From assembly GCA_963726255.1 (NCBI GenBank), contig CAVSBL010000002.1, forward strand, positions 992,001 to 1,056,000: DNA of 64,000 bases. The letters are read 5' to 3'. Shown piece after piece: positions 9,738 through 18,630 of this stretch; positions within the stretch are counted from its first letter, which is position 1, and each line of letters opens with the position of its first letter. This DNA is from Candidatus Bathyarchaeota archaeon. Lineage in GTDB: Archaea > Thermoproteota > Bathyarchaeia > 40CM-2-53-6. The notes beneath the pieces were generated by a model that saw nothing but the letters and a program-made list of their open reading frames with translations, had not been told where the DNA came from and ran no database searches. Made by a program: the position numbers and the translations under genes.

Positions 9738-12494
9738 CTATGGCCTTCTTGGAACTGGGTACATTACTGCAGGCCTTGTCCCCGGCCTTGGCGGTCTCCG
9801 ACCTAACAAAAGTAGAAGCACTACTAAGATGACCACGAGTGCCACACCGATCCCTAGAATTATCGGAATCAAGGAGCCACTAGGGGTAGGCAAAGTGAGT
9901 ACAATAGTTTGGCCGTTGCTGACGACATTAATGCTGGGACTTGCAGAATCTGAACCCTTACTGATGCTAACAACATATGATCCGAGTGGAACTGTAAAGG
10001 TAACTGTGCCCTGCGAGTCCGTTACGCCCTGTAATCCGAGTGATGCGATGGTGACGTTTGCTCCTTGAACAGGGTTTCCTGAAGTATCTACCACCTTGAT
10101 TGTAACTTGGACATTACCGGGAACTGTGACTATGGAAGTGGTGACGCTTGTAGTAGACGCGATCGTAGACGTTGACAGTGTCGACACTTGTGTGACCGTC
10201 GTAGTCTGAGTGAAGATTCCGCCAAACGGCGCGAATCTCAAGATTGTGGACAAGGGTTGCTTGAAGCCAGGCCCGCTGTAATACGCTGCACTCTTGAAGT
10301 CCGGCGAACCCCCAACTATCCAACCGTCAGTCTCGGAGGTCATATAGACTGATGTTAGGATTGGCGGGATTTCTCCAAGCAACGATGGTGAGAGTGTGAC
10401 GAAGTTCCATGCGAAGCCATCCCAATGGAGAATCGTTGCGACCAATTTGCCCGGGTATCCCACCGCCCAACCATCAGTTGGCGACGTGAAGTAGACTGAT
10501 TTCAACAGGCCGCTTGTGTGGCCGGTTGGGGTGATCCCTCCTGGAATTGAGGGTGTCGCAACTGGAGACCATTTGGTTCCATCCCAGTAGATGATTACAG
10601 GACCGTCGGTGATCGAAGGCACCGAAATGCCTCCGACTGCCCAGCCACTAGTTGGGCTAAGCATGAAGATTGACGTCAGATTAGCGTCAACGGATAGGCC
10701 CGGAGTCCCGCTCACTGTCACAACGTTCCATGTTCCGACGCCCCCCGTCACCGTGTAGTGCAATATGGTGGCATTGTTACCTACAGCCCAGCCTTCGTTC
10801 TGGTTGAGCATGAACACCGAGTTTAAACCCGGTATGGGGGTAGATGGCGGACTAGACGGTGATGGGAAAATAGCCCATGTTGCGACACCACCAGTTACAG
10901 TGTAGTGCAGGATAATACCAGAAGGAGTAGGGGTCGAACTCTGGCCGACAGCCCATCCCTCATTTGAACTAATCATGAAGACCGAATTGAGTGAGTAAGA
11001 GCCTGGTGGCGGGGTGATCGTGTTCCAGGACCCACCAGTGAAATGCAGTATTACAGGGCACGGGGCGGCTGAACACGTGGCAGTTAAGTGATCCCCGCCG
11101 CCGACCGTCCAAACATCGCCGGTGTTAACCATGAATACTGAATTCAAATTGTTCAGTGTGCCTATCGCCACGCCTTTAGTCCAAACGAATCCGTTCCAAT
11201 GGTAGATCGTTGGTTCGAATGTGGGCATGACTGAGGAGTTGCCGACCGCCCATCCATCGTTCGGGTTTACCGGCCCTGTCAACGGTGGGCCGAATGAAAC
11301 CGATGTGAAGTTGTTGATTGTCGGGCTCGTTACAGTTCCATAATTGGTTCCGTCGAAATGCAGAATGACGCCATCGGTGCCCACGCTCCAGCCATCAGCT
11401 GCACCGTTAAAGTAACCTGAGTTGAAGTTCAATGACGCGACCGGCGATGTTGGCACGAGGTTTGATGGCAACGCAGTCCAAGTACCACCGGTATAGTGAA
11501 GGATAGCTCCACTCTTGCCGAAGGCCCATCCCTCGGCCGAGGAAACCATGAAAACCGAGAACAGGTTGCTAGCGGTTGTTCCCGGGCTGACCGGACCCGT
11601 CCATATGCCAGTGCTGTAGTGAACTATGACACCCCCATCTCCGACACCCCAACCTTCCGTCGGGCTCAACATGAACACCGATCTTAGCGTGCTCGTAACG
11701 GGTGAAGTGACAGGTGACCAAGCACCACCGAAATAATGATAGATTACTCCTCCAGACCCTACAGCCCAACCTTCGGTCGAACTGACCATGAAGACAGAGT
11801 AGAAGACAATATTCTTGACTGGTGCCTGAGGCAGATTCCAACCACCGCCCAAACCGGGCACGCCGGTCCAATGCCAGAACACTCCACAAGCCGTGCCGCC
11901 GCATGGAGAACCGTTCTGCGTCTGTCCAACTGCCCACACATCTGTGGAACTCACCATGAAAGCGGACCACAATTGGCCAGCATTCACACCATTCAAACCT
12001 GCGTTCTGTACACGCCAACTAGTACCGTCCCAATGAATCGCCACAGAAGCGTTCGCATTCGGAAACAGAATTGGCGGAGTGAAGGGAAATGTGTCGTTGA
12101 ATCCGACGGCCCAACCGTCGTTCTTACTGATTGGGTTGTTGGGTGGACCGAAGGTTACGGAGGTCAAATTGTAGGCATTTTGCTTGCTCGGGAAACTCAG
12201 AAACTTAGGCGCAGGAACCAGATTCCAGGTTGAGCCGTCATAATGAAATATTGCTGGGAGAGCCGTCACAGTATCGTTGGACGGAAGAGAGTCTCCAACA
12301 GCCCAGCCTTCAGTGGGGGATAGCATGTAGAGCGAATTTAGTTGCGGGTTTGCGGGTGGGCTGATGTATGCGTCTGGGTTGATGTCCCTCCAGACTCCCA
12401 TCTGTGCAGTTGCAGGAACAGCCGATACCGCTAGGAACAACATTGAAAACGCAATAATTCCGATTGATAACTTCGTCTTTCGCATCGGGGACAA
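9738..12494 (-). CDS. Paralogous secreted beta-propeller protein with carboxypeptidase-regulatory-like domain and C-terminal TM anchor
   Basis: Repeats LNSVFM.S..EGWAVG...ILHY.G..W; VVDTSGNPVQGANVTI...TDSQG domain; TM helix + basic/Pro tail. Confidence 0.75.
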   Translation of the reverse strand: MSPMRKTKLSIGIIAFSMLFLAVSAVPATAQMGVWRDINPDAYISPPANPQLNSLYMLSPTEGWAVGDSLPSNDTVTALPAIFHYDGSTWNLVPAPKFLSFPSKQNAYNLTSVTFGPPNNPISKNDGWAVGFNDTFPFTPPILFPNANASVAIHWDGTSWRVQNAGLNGVNAGQLWSAFMVSSTDVWAVGQTQNGSPCGGTACGVFWHWTGVPGLGGGWNLPQAPVKNIVFYSVFMVSSTEGWAVGSGGVIYHYFGGAWSPVTSPVTSTLRSVFMLSPTEGWGVGDGGVIVHYSTGIWTGPVSPGTTASNLFSVFMVSSAEGWAFGKSGAILHYTGGTWTALPSNLVPTSPVASLNFNSGYFNGAADGWSVGTDGVILHFDGTNYGTVTSPTINNFTSVSFGPPLTGPVNPNDGWAVGNSSVMPTFEPTIYHWNGFVWTKGVAIGTLNNLNSVFMVNTGDVWTVGGGDHLTATCSAAPCPVILHFTGGSWNTITPPPGSYSLNSVFMISSNEGWAVGQSSTPTPSGIILHYTVTGGVATWAIFPSPSSPPSTPIPGLNSVFMLNQNEGWAVGNNATILHYTVTGGVGTWNVVTVSGTPGLSVDANLTSIFMLSPTSGWAVGGISVPSITDGPVIIYWDGTKWSPVATPSIPGGITPTGHTSGLLKSVYFTSPTDGWAVGYPGKLVATILHWDGFAWNFVTLSPSLLGEIPPILTSVYMTSETDGWIVGGSPDFKSAAYYSGPGFKQPLSTILRFAPFGGIFTQTTTVTQVSTLSTSTIASTTSVTTSIVTVPGNVQVTIKVVDTSGNPVQGANVTIASLGLQGVTDSQGTVTFTVPLGSYVVSISKGSDSASPSINVVSNGQTIVLTLPTPSGSLIPIILGIGVALVVILVVLLLLLGRRPPRPGTRPAVMYPVPRRP

Positions 12495-12766
12495 CCACTA
12501 TTCTTGATACCGGTAGCCGTGCGGGCGGATGCTTACATAACATTAAGTATGCATTACGTGTCAAAACTCGCATCGCAATTTTCCCCTTTCTTATCGCAAA
12601 AATGACTCGATTATTCGCAGAGCGCGCTCCTGGAACACCCGATAGGCAAGGCACTAGAAGATGGCTTGTGCGTGGAAATTGACTCAGTTGTGGCAATAAT
12701 CCACGACGCGTGCAACCTTAATTCGCTCATTTACGAACTTACCTTATTGCGGGGAAGCCTAACCAT

Positions 12767-13084
12767 ATGACTTGGAAAGGGCTGAAAATCCTGAAAATTC
12801 ACATCAAGCTTTACGGGGTCTTCAGAACCGCTGCGAGGACCAGTGAAATCGACTTCAATGTCAGTGGCACAACCCCAACTGTTAGATCACTAATATCACA
12901 ACTCGTGGCCGGGAATGAATACGCAGACTTGAAACGACTATTATTGGAGACCGCGTCGGACGACCCCAGGCCAAATGCACTGATCATGGTCTCGGGAAGG
13001 GAGATTAACTCCTTGGATGGACTGGAAACCTCACTTTCCGAAAATGACGAACTGGGGCTGCTCCCCGTGGCACACGGCGGCTGA
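12767..13084 (+). CDS. MoaD/ThiS/SAMP ubiquitin-like sulfur carrier
   Basis: Beta-grasp pattern, LDGLETSLSENDELGLLPVAHGG, ending in GG. Confidence 0.88.
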   Translation: MTWKGLKILKIHIKLYGVFRTAARTSEIDFNVSGTTPTVRSLISQLVAGNEYADLKRLLLETASDDPRPNALIMVSGREINSLDGLETSLSENDELGLLPVAHGG

Positions 13085-13110
13085 GGAGCCACGGAACGAA
13101 AGCGACCGCC

Positions 13111-14007
13111 TCATTTCGACTTAGGTTCTATTTGGGGGATTAACGTTTCATTCATGCTTCCAGTCCTGTACCCGAACAAGTCGAAGGAAACATACTTGAA
13201 ACCGAGCTCTCGCAAAGCCTTCCCGATTGTGTCAAGCAATTCCTCATTAAATAACAGATTCCGCTCATCTTTCCCAACCTCAATTCTCGCCAAGTCTCCG
13301 TGATCTCGAACACGTAACTCCTTCACATTGGTCACGGAACGAATGAAGCTCTCGGATTTCTCCACGCGCATGAGCCTCTCCGGCGATATTGTTTGACCAT
13401 ACTGGATCCTTGATGAAAGGCAAGGCATCGAGGGTTTATCGAAATTAGGCAAACCCAGCACTCTCGACAACTCTCTGACTTCAGGTTTGCTCATACCTAC
13501 CTCCGAAAGCGGCCTCCTTACGCCTTCCTCTGTTAGGGCTGCTGCGCCCGGCCGGTGTCCGAACATGTCGTCCGCGTTGGTCCCATCCACAATAGTGGTC
13601 GCGCCGAGGTCCGCGGCCAGCTGCTTCAGTTTCCCGCTCAACTCCTTCTTGCAAAAGTAGCATCGGTTAGCTGGATTGGAAACATATCTCGGGTCATCAA
13701 GCTCCTCGGTCCGGATCACCATGTGAGTTATCCCAATTTCCTTTGCAAGCCTTCTCGCATCTTCCATCTCGGTTTGGGGAACGCTTGGAGAGTTCGCGGT
13801 CACGGCGATCGCATTATCACCAACTGCAAGTTTCGCTAGGTAAGCAACGAGCGTGCTGTCTATCCCCCCTGAAAAAGCGACAAGGATCTTGCCAAAGCCT
13901 CTAAGCATCTTCACTGCTTCCTCCATCTTCGCGCGAAGGACAGAAGACATTTCCGGAAGAAGCCCGTCGATTTGTTCCGATCCGTCAGGACCCTTTGCTG
14001 TTAACAT
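13111..14007 (-). CDS. larE: ATP-dependent sulfur transferase LarE (nickel-pincer cofactor)
   Basis: PP-loop AFSGGIDS, RCYFCK, DGTNADD...HRPG, PCLSSRI, LRVRDHG..ARIEV. Confidence 0.92.
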   Translation of the reverse strand: MLTAKGPDGSEQIDGLLPEMSSVLRAKMEEAVKMLRGFGKILVAFSGGIDSTLVAYLAKLAVGDNAIAVTANSPSVPQTEMEDARRLAKEIGITHMVIRTEELDDPRYVSNPANRCYFCKKELSGKLKQLAADLGATTIVDGTNADDMFGHRPGAAALTEEGVRRPLSEVGMSKPEVRELSRVLGLPNFDKPSMPCLSSRIQYGQTISPERLMRVEKSESFIRSVTNVKELRVRDHGDLARIEVGKDERNLLFNEELLDTIGKALRELGFKYVSFDLFGYRTGSMNETLIPQIEPKSK

Positions 14008-14064
14008 TTTATGCTACGTCTCATAGCTCATTGTACTTAGGCGTTTCCACGCTGGTGAAATTTC

Positions 14065-14853
14065 TTGCGAGACATTCTTGAGAAACTGCGTAGAGGCGAG
14101 ATTTCTGTAGACGACGCGGAAAGGGCGTTGAAAATCAATGCCATTGAGAATGTAGCGAACATAGCCCGTCTGGATGTTGGAAGGGCTGTCCGGCGCGGGG
14201 TCCCAGAGATAATATTCGCTGAAGGAAAATCAACTGAGGACCTCATTCGGATTTGCAGCCGAATGATTGAGAACAGTGGCCGAGCAGTCGTTAGTCGTGT
14301 TAGCGAGGAGCAACTCATCAAGTTGAATGAGCACTTCACTGGCCATGAAATGAAAAAACTTCCTCACGCATCAACAATCGTCATCAGAGGTGTTGCTTAC
14401 AAAAAGACCGAGACCGGTGGTCGAGTTGGGATCATAACTGCCGGAACGGTTGACCTTCCTGTCGCTGAAGAGGCAGCCATGATTGCGGAAGAAATGGGCT
14501 GCGAAATTTTCCTGGAGGCGGACGCAGGGGTCGCGGGCATCCACCGTTTGGTCGAACCGCTGACGGCTATGGTAAGGAAAAATATTGACTGCCTAATCGT
14601 CGTGGCGGGACGTGAAGGCGCGTTGCCAACAGTGGTTGCGGGGCTAGTTGACATGCCTATCATCGCTGTCCCTGCCTCTTCGGGATATGGCTATGGCGGG
14701 GGCGGGCAGGCAGCGTTGATGGCTATGCTTCAGGCGTGTTCTCTCGGCCTTTCGGTTGTGAATATTGATTCGGGGATCGCCGCTGGCGTGGTGGCCGCGC
14801 AGATCGCAAACCGGGTAGCAGCGGCTCGTAACAGGGCCGAACTTAAGCCTTGA
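14065..14853 (+). CDS. larB: Nickel-pincer cofactor biosynthesis protein LarB
   Basis: RRGVPEIIFAEGK, TAGTVDLPVAEEA, DAGVAGIHRL, VAGREGALPTVV, GYG, ACSLGLSVVNID. Confidence 0.92.
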   Translation: MRDILEKLRRGEISVDDAERALKINAIENVANIARLDVGRAVRRGVPEIIFAEGKSTEDLIRICSRMIENSGRAVVSRVSEEQLIKLNEHFTGHEMKKLPHASTIVIRGVAYKKTETGGRVGIITAGTVDLPVAEEAAMIAEEMGCEIFLEADAGVAGIHRLVEPLTAMVRKNIDCLIVVAGREGALPTVVAGLVDMPIIAVPASSGYGYGGGGQAALMAMLQACSLGLSVVNIDSGIAAGVVAAQIANRVAAARNRAELKP

Positions 14854-15793
14854 CCGTCTTCAGGAGGCCGCAGGCGGCCTTCACGACTTCAACGGACTTC
14901 TGAAAGGCTGCTGATTCATCAGAGTTCAGCTTCAGTTCGATTACGCGCTCAACACCCTGTGCGCCCAGAACCGCTGGAACATCCACATAGACGTCCCTGA
15001 ACCCGTATTCGCCGTTCAGATGCGCCGTCAGACAGAGCACCATCTTCTTGTCCTTGATTACGGTCTCCACCATTCGTGCGATTCCATGTGCGGGTGCATA
15101 GATCGTCGCCCCCTTCAGGGCGATAACCTCAGCGGCAATCTTTCTGGTATGATCAATGGCACCATTCACCTCAGCGGGTGAGAGCAAGTCGGTTATCGGG
15201 ACGCCGTTCACAGTTGAGAACCTCGGTAAGGGGACCATGGAATCTCCGTGCTCACCAATGACAACGGCTTGTACAGAACTCGTCGAAACTCTCAACGCTT
15301 TGGCGATGAAATATTTGAAGCGCATAGTGTCGAGCATTCCGCTTTGGCCGAAAACTCGGGAGGGCTCGAATCCTGTGACCTTCCAAGCCAAGTAGGTCAT
15401 CACGTCAAGCGGGTTAGTAACCATCAAGACCAGCGTTTTAGGTGCGTATTCCAGAATCTTCTCGCTTACGCCTCGGATTATAGCCTCATTCTTTTCCTGT
15501 AGGTCGAGGCGGGTCATACCCGGTTTTCTTCCCAAGCCTCCGATGACAACGACAAGTTCTGAGCCCGCGATGTCTTTGTAATCGTTCGAACCAACAATAT
15601 CCACGTCAACACCCTGTTCCGCGGCCATCTGTCCTAGGTCGAGGGCTTCGCCTTGAGGAAGACCTTGGATGATGTCAATGAGTCTTAAGTCGCCGAGCTC
15701 TCTTTGGGCCACTTGCAGCGCGACGGCGCTTCCGAGTTTGCCAGTGCCAATAATTGAGATTAGCTTTCGTGCGGGCATTCCATTCGCCATCAT
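14843..15793 (-). CDS. mdh: Malate dehydrogenase (LDH-like MDH)
   Basis: GTGKLG, RKPGMTRLDL, VTNPLD, GEHGDSM. Confidence 0.9.
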   Translation of the reverse strand: MMANGMPARKLISIIGTGKLGSAVALQVAQRELGDLRLIDIIQGLPQGEALDLGQMAAEQGVDVDIVGSNDYKDIAGSELVVVIGGLGRKPGMTRLDLQEKNEAIIRGVSEKILEYAPKTLVLMVTNPLDVMTYLAWKVTGFEPSRVFGQSGMLDTMRFKYFIAKALRVSTSSVQAVVIGEHGDSMVPLPRFSTVNGVPITDLLSPAEVNGAIDHTRKIAAEVIALKGATIYAPAHGIARMVETVIKDKKMVLCLTAHLNGEYGFRDVYVDVPAVLGAQGVERVIELKLNSDESAAFQKSVEVVKAACGLLKTVKA

Positions 15794-15984
15794 ACTGCTA
15801 AGGCTTGTACCTGCTTATGGTTCCATCGTTTTTCGAGAGATTGCTTTTCAGGATTGCTACTTACTAATCAAAACTTACATACTTCGATGAGAGTTGTTGC
15901 AAATTTCAGGCTTGATTAGCAAAGGCTTTTATGGCCTTGCTATCCGCTAACACCAAGTCGATTCAGAAAGGGAGGGAATGTTCA

Positions 15985-16131
15985 TTGGCCGAAATGTTTT
16001 GTGTGAAATGTAAGGAGAAGAAGACTGTGCCCGACGATCAGACCACCATGGAAAAGACTGCGAAAGGCCGCAATATGATGCGTGCAACTTGCCCGACCTG
16101 CGGCACCAAAATGACGAAGTTCACGAAGTAG
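15985..16131 (+). CDS. DUF5679-type small Zn-ribbon protein
   Basis: MFCVKCKEK...GRNMMRATCPTCGTKMTKF; GGGAGG SD upstream. Confidence 0.75.
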   Translation: MAEMFCVKCKEKKTVPDDQTTMEKTAKGRNMMRATCPTCGTKMTKFTK

Positions 16132-16281
16132 AATCCATCTTAGTACACGTCTGGAGCGGGTCGACCAGTTTTCCCTACTCTTTTTATTCTTCCTACTTAC
16201 CGCCCTTTTCAAAACATACACTCGTCAGTAACCCTTAGAGCCTACACCAATCCACGTCCCATGTCTCACGAGGACTGAAGG

Positions 16282-17127
16282 TTGGAGATTAGCTCGTCAA
16301 ACCTGAGCTTTCGAATTTCAATGGTTAACCTCGACGAGCTGAAACCACACGAAGAAGTAATAGATCCTGCCGTCGGATCACTGGCGAATGATGTTCTAAG
16401 CGAGGGCTTACTTCGAGACCCATTGGTCGTCGACCAGGAAGACTATGTAATTCTGGATGGTATGCACCGGTTCAACTCGTTGAAGTTGCTGAAGTGCCGT
16501 TTCGTACCATGCTGCCTGGTTGACTACGACAACCCCCAAATCAAGGTAGGGGCCTGGTTCAGGCTATTCACCGTAGAAGAAACCGAGATCCTCGCGGAGA
16601 AATTGCTGAAAGAGGCCGGGTTGAACTACTCAAGGAATAGCATTGACTTGGCGAGGCCGAACTACAGCCCTCAAACAATCATCCTAACCCAAGGTAAGTC
16701 AGAATTCTCATTGCCAGAACCAACGGACCCAATTCAACGAGCCAGAACGGCCGTGAACTTAGAAAGAACCATGGTCAAGGCGGGCCACGCTGTGACATAC
16801 CTGTCAGAAACTCGTGCACTTCAAGAACTCCAGTCAAACGAAATGAACTTCATCATACCGGTACCCATTTTCACCAAGGAACAAATTCGCGAATTCGGCG
16901 TAGAGGGGCTGCTCCTGCCTCACAAAGTGACACGCCACGTGATGCCTTCTCGTCCACTCGGGATAGACATTCCATTACCTATGCTCACTGACCGCACAAT
17001 TTCACTTGATGAAGCGAACCGAAAACTTGGAGAACTACTCGCGCAAAGGCATATTGACCGAAAGCCTCCCGGTTCAGTGGTGGATGGGAGGCGGTACGAA
17101 GAGGAACTACTAATCTTCACGCCTTGA
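16282..17127 (+). CDS. ParB/Srx-fold protein, SerK-like (ADP-dependent serine kinase family)
   Basis: LKPHEE, ILDGMHR, VDY...IKVGAW, TKEQI...LPHKVTRHVMP follow the SerK motif order. Confidence 0.65.
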   Translation: MEISSSNLSFRISMVNLDELKPHEEVIDPAVGSLANDVLSEGLLRDPLVVDQEDYVILDGMHRFNSLKLLKCRFVPCCLVDYDNPQIKVGAWFRLFTVEETEILAEKLLKEAGLNYSRNSIDLARPNYSPQTIILTQGKSEFSLPEPTDPIQRARTAVNLERTMVKAGHAVTYLSETRALQELQSNEMNFIIPVPIFTKEQIREFGVEGLLLPHKVTRHVMPSRPLGIDIPLPMLTDRTISLDEANRKLGELLAQRHIDRKPPGSVVDGRRYEEELLIFTP

Positions 17128-17185
17128 CACCCGTTCAGGTTTATATTCCCCTGACTGTTCTTAGCGGCGAAAGAGCTGACGGGAA

Positions 17186-17383
17186 ATGCCAACCGAAATT
17201 TCTGACACAGAACAGTTCGTCAGGATTTCAGAGCGGGCCACGGAATGCCGCGTAAAACGGCTGAAGGATATTGTGAAACTGAAACTCCGAACCGCAAATC
17301 AGCTCTATACGATTAAGATTGACCCGGAACAAGCAGCCGTCTTACTGAAACAAATACGATGCGAAGTCATCGAAGCTCCCTAA
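17186..17383 (+). CDS. rpl38e: 50S ribosomal protein L38e
   Basis: MPTEISDTEQF...VKRLKDIVKLKLRTANQLYTIKI follows the eL38 pattern (MPREI...VKFKVR...YLYTL). Confidence 0.75.
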   Translation: MPTEISDTEQFVRISERATECRVKRLKDIVKLKLRTANQLYTIKIDPEQAAVLLKQIRCEVIEAP

Positions 17384-17409
17384 GCTTTTTGTCGTAGCGA
17401 GGTTCGCCC

Positions 17410-18630
17410 CTGTCCCCAGGAGAGGTCACTTACTCTTTCTTCCTCGCGGTCGGTTTTCTAGCTGTCGCTGCCGCACTCTACTCTCTAAGCCTGGGAGTAC
17501 AATTTGACCGCAAAGTCTCAAAAGCGCTTGCCAAACCTAAACACGGTTTTCGCCCTCAAGTCTGCTTAATCATGCCCTGTAAAGGAGACGAACCAGGCCT
17601 GGAGAGAAACCTAAAGGCTGCCTTACAGCAAACGTACGGAAACTACTACACTGCCGTTGTAACTGACTCAGTTGATGACCCCGCCTACGCCATCGCGAAA
17701 TCCATACTATCACACTACCCGGAAAGTGCCGCTCACCTTTACACCTCGTACACTACAATCCCTGCAAGTGGGAAAGTTGCAGCACTCCTAACCGCCCTGT
17801 CGCGAGAACGTGACAAAGCTGAAGTCTACGCCACGATCGACAGCGACGCATTAGTCTCATCCAAATGGCTTGAGGATCTGGTCGACAACCTCAAGGATGA
17901 ATCGGTGGGGGCAACGACAGGTTTTCGTTGGTACTTTCCTACGCGGGGCGGGTTCTGGTCGTATGTCGAAGCCGCTTGGAACGCCTCCGGAACAAATCTG
18001 CTCTTCAACGACCGATACAACTTCCCATGGGGTGGGGCAATGGCGGTGAGAGCGGAAACTCTGGACAAGATTGGAATTAGGGAACTGTGGTTAGGTGCGG
18101 TCAGCGATGATATGACACTCAATTCTGCGTTGAGGAGACACGGCTTCAAAATCCAGTTCCTCCCACATTGCACCGTCGCCACCTTTAATCAGACTGACCT
18201 ACGGCGTTTTCTGGGTTGGGCGACACGTCAGACAATAATAACGAGAATCTTCAACCTCAGGCTATGGAAGTACGCGGCCGCTGCATACGCATTCTTCGAC
18301 TTCGTATTCCTACTCGCCGTCCTCAGCCTCGTTTTGGGGTGGATGTTTGAGCGATTGTGGCTGGTTCCCTCGGCTCTGCTATTCGTGCCGTCCGTTTTCG
18401 GCGTATTACGAAGCGCCCAGCGCAATTCGACCTTCAGCCGTGCTATGCCTGAGTTCAAGCAAGAATTCGAGAAGACTCGATTCAAGGAAGCAATCGCAAG
18501 CCTTATTGTCCCTTGGATTATGACATACTGCATAATTAAGTCGGCTCGAACATGCGAAATCGAATGGCGAGGCCGAACCTACAAACTCACGGATATGAAC
18601 CCGCTTGCCTCACCGCGAAGCTTTCCTTAA
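17410..18630 (+). CDS. GT2/GT21 (ceramide glucosyltransferase-like) membrane glycosyltransferase
   Basis: MPCKGDEPGL..NL, SGKVAAL, IDSDA, WGGAMA, SDDMTL, WATRQ. Frame is open upstream of 17572 and encodes a TM helix (probable CTG start at 17410). Confidence 0.8.
   Translation: MSPGEVTYSFFLAVGFLAVAAALYSLSLGVQFDRKVSKALAKPKHGFRPQVCLIMPCKGDEPGLERNLKAALQQTYGNYYTAVVTDSVDDPAYAIAKSILSHYPESAAHLYTSYTTIPASGKVAALLTALSRERDKAEVYATIDSDALVSSKWLEDLVDNLKDESVGATTGFRWYFPTRGGFWSYVEAAWNASGTNLLFNDRYNFPWGGAMAVRAETLDKIGIRELWLGAVSDDMTLNSALRRHGFKIQFLPHCTVATFNQTDLRRFLGWATRQTIITRIFNLRLWKYAAAAYAFFDFVFLLAVLSLVLGWMFERLWLVPSALLFVPSVFGVLRSAQRNSTFSRAMPEFKQEFEKTRFKEAIASLIVPWIMTYCIIKSARTCEIEWRGRTYKLTDMNPLASPRSFP

Noticed and set aside
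6945-12233. Long + strand ORFs (e.g. 6945-7283, 9553-10068, 11736-12233)
   Set aside because: Antisense shadows of the Ser/Thr/Gly-rich beta-propeller genes.
15917-15942. Hairpin TAGCAAAGGC/GCCTTGCTA upstream of the DUF5679 gene
   Set aside because: Isolated imperfect stem; function cannot be supported.
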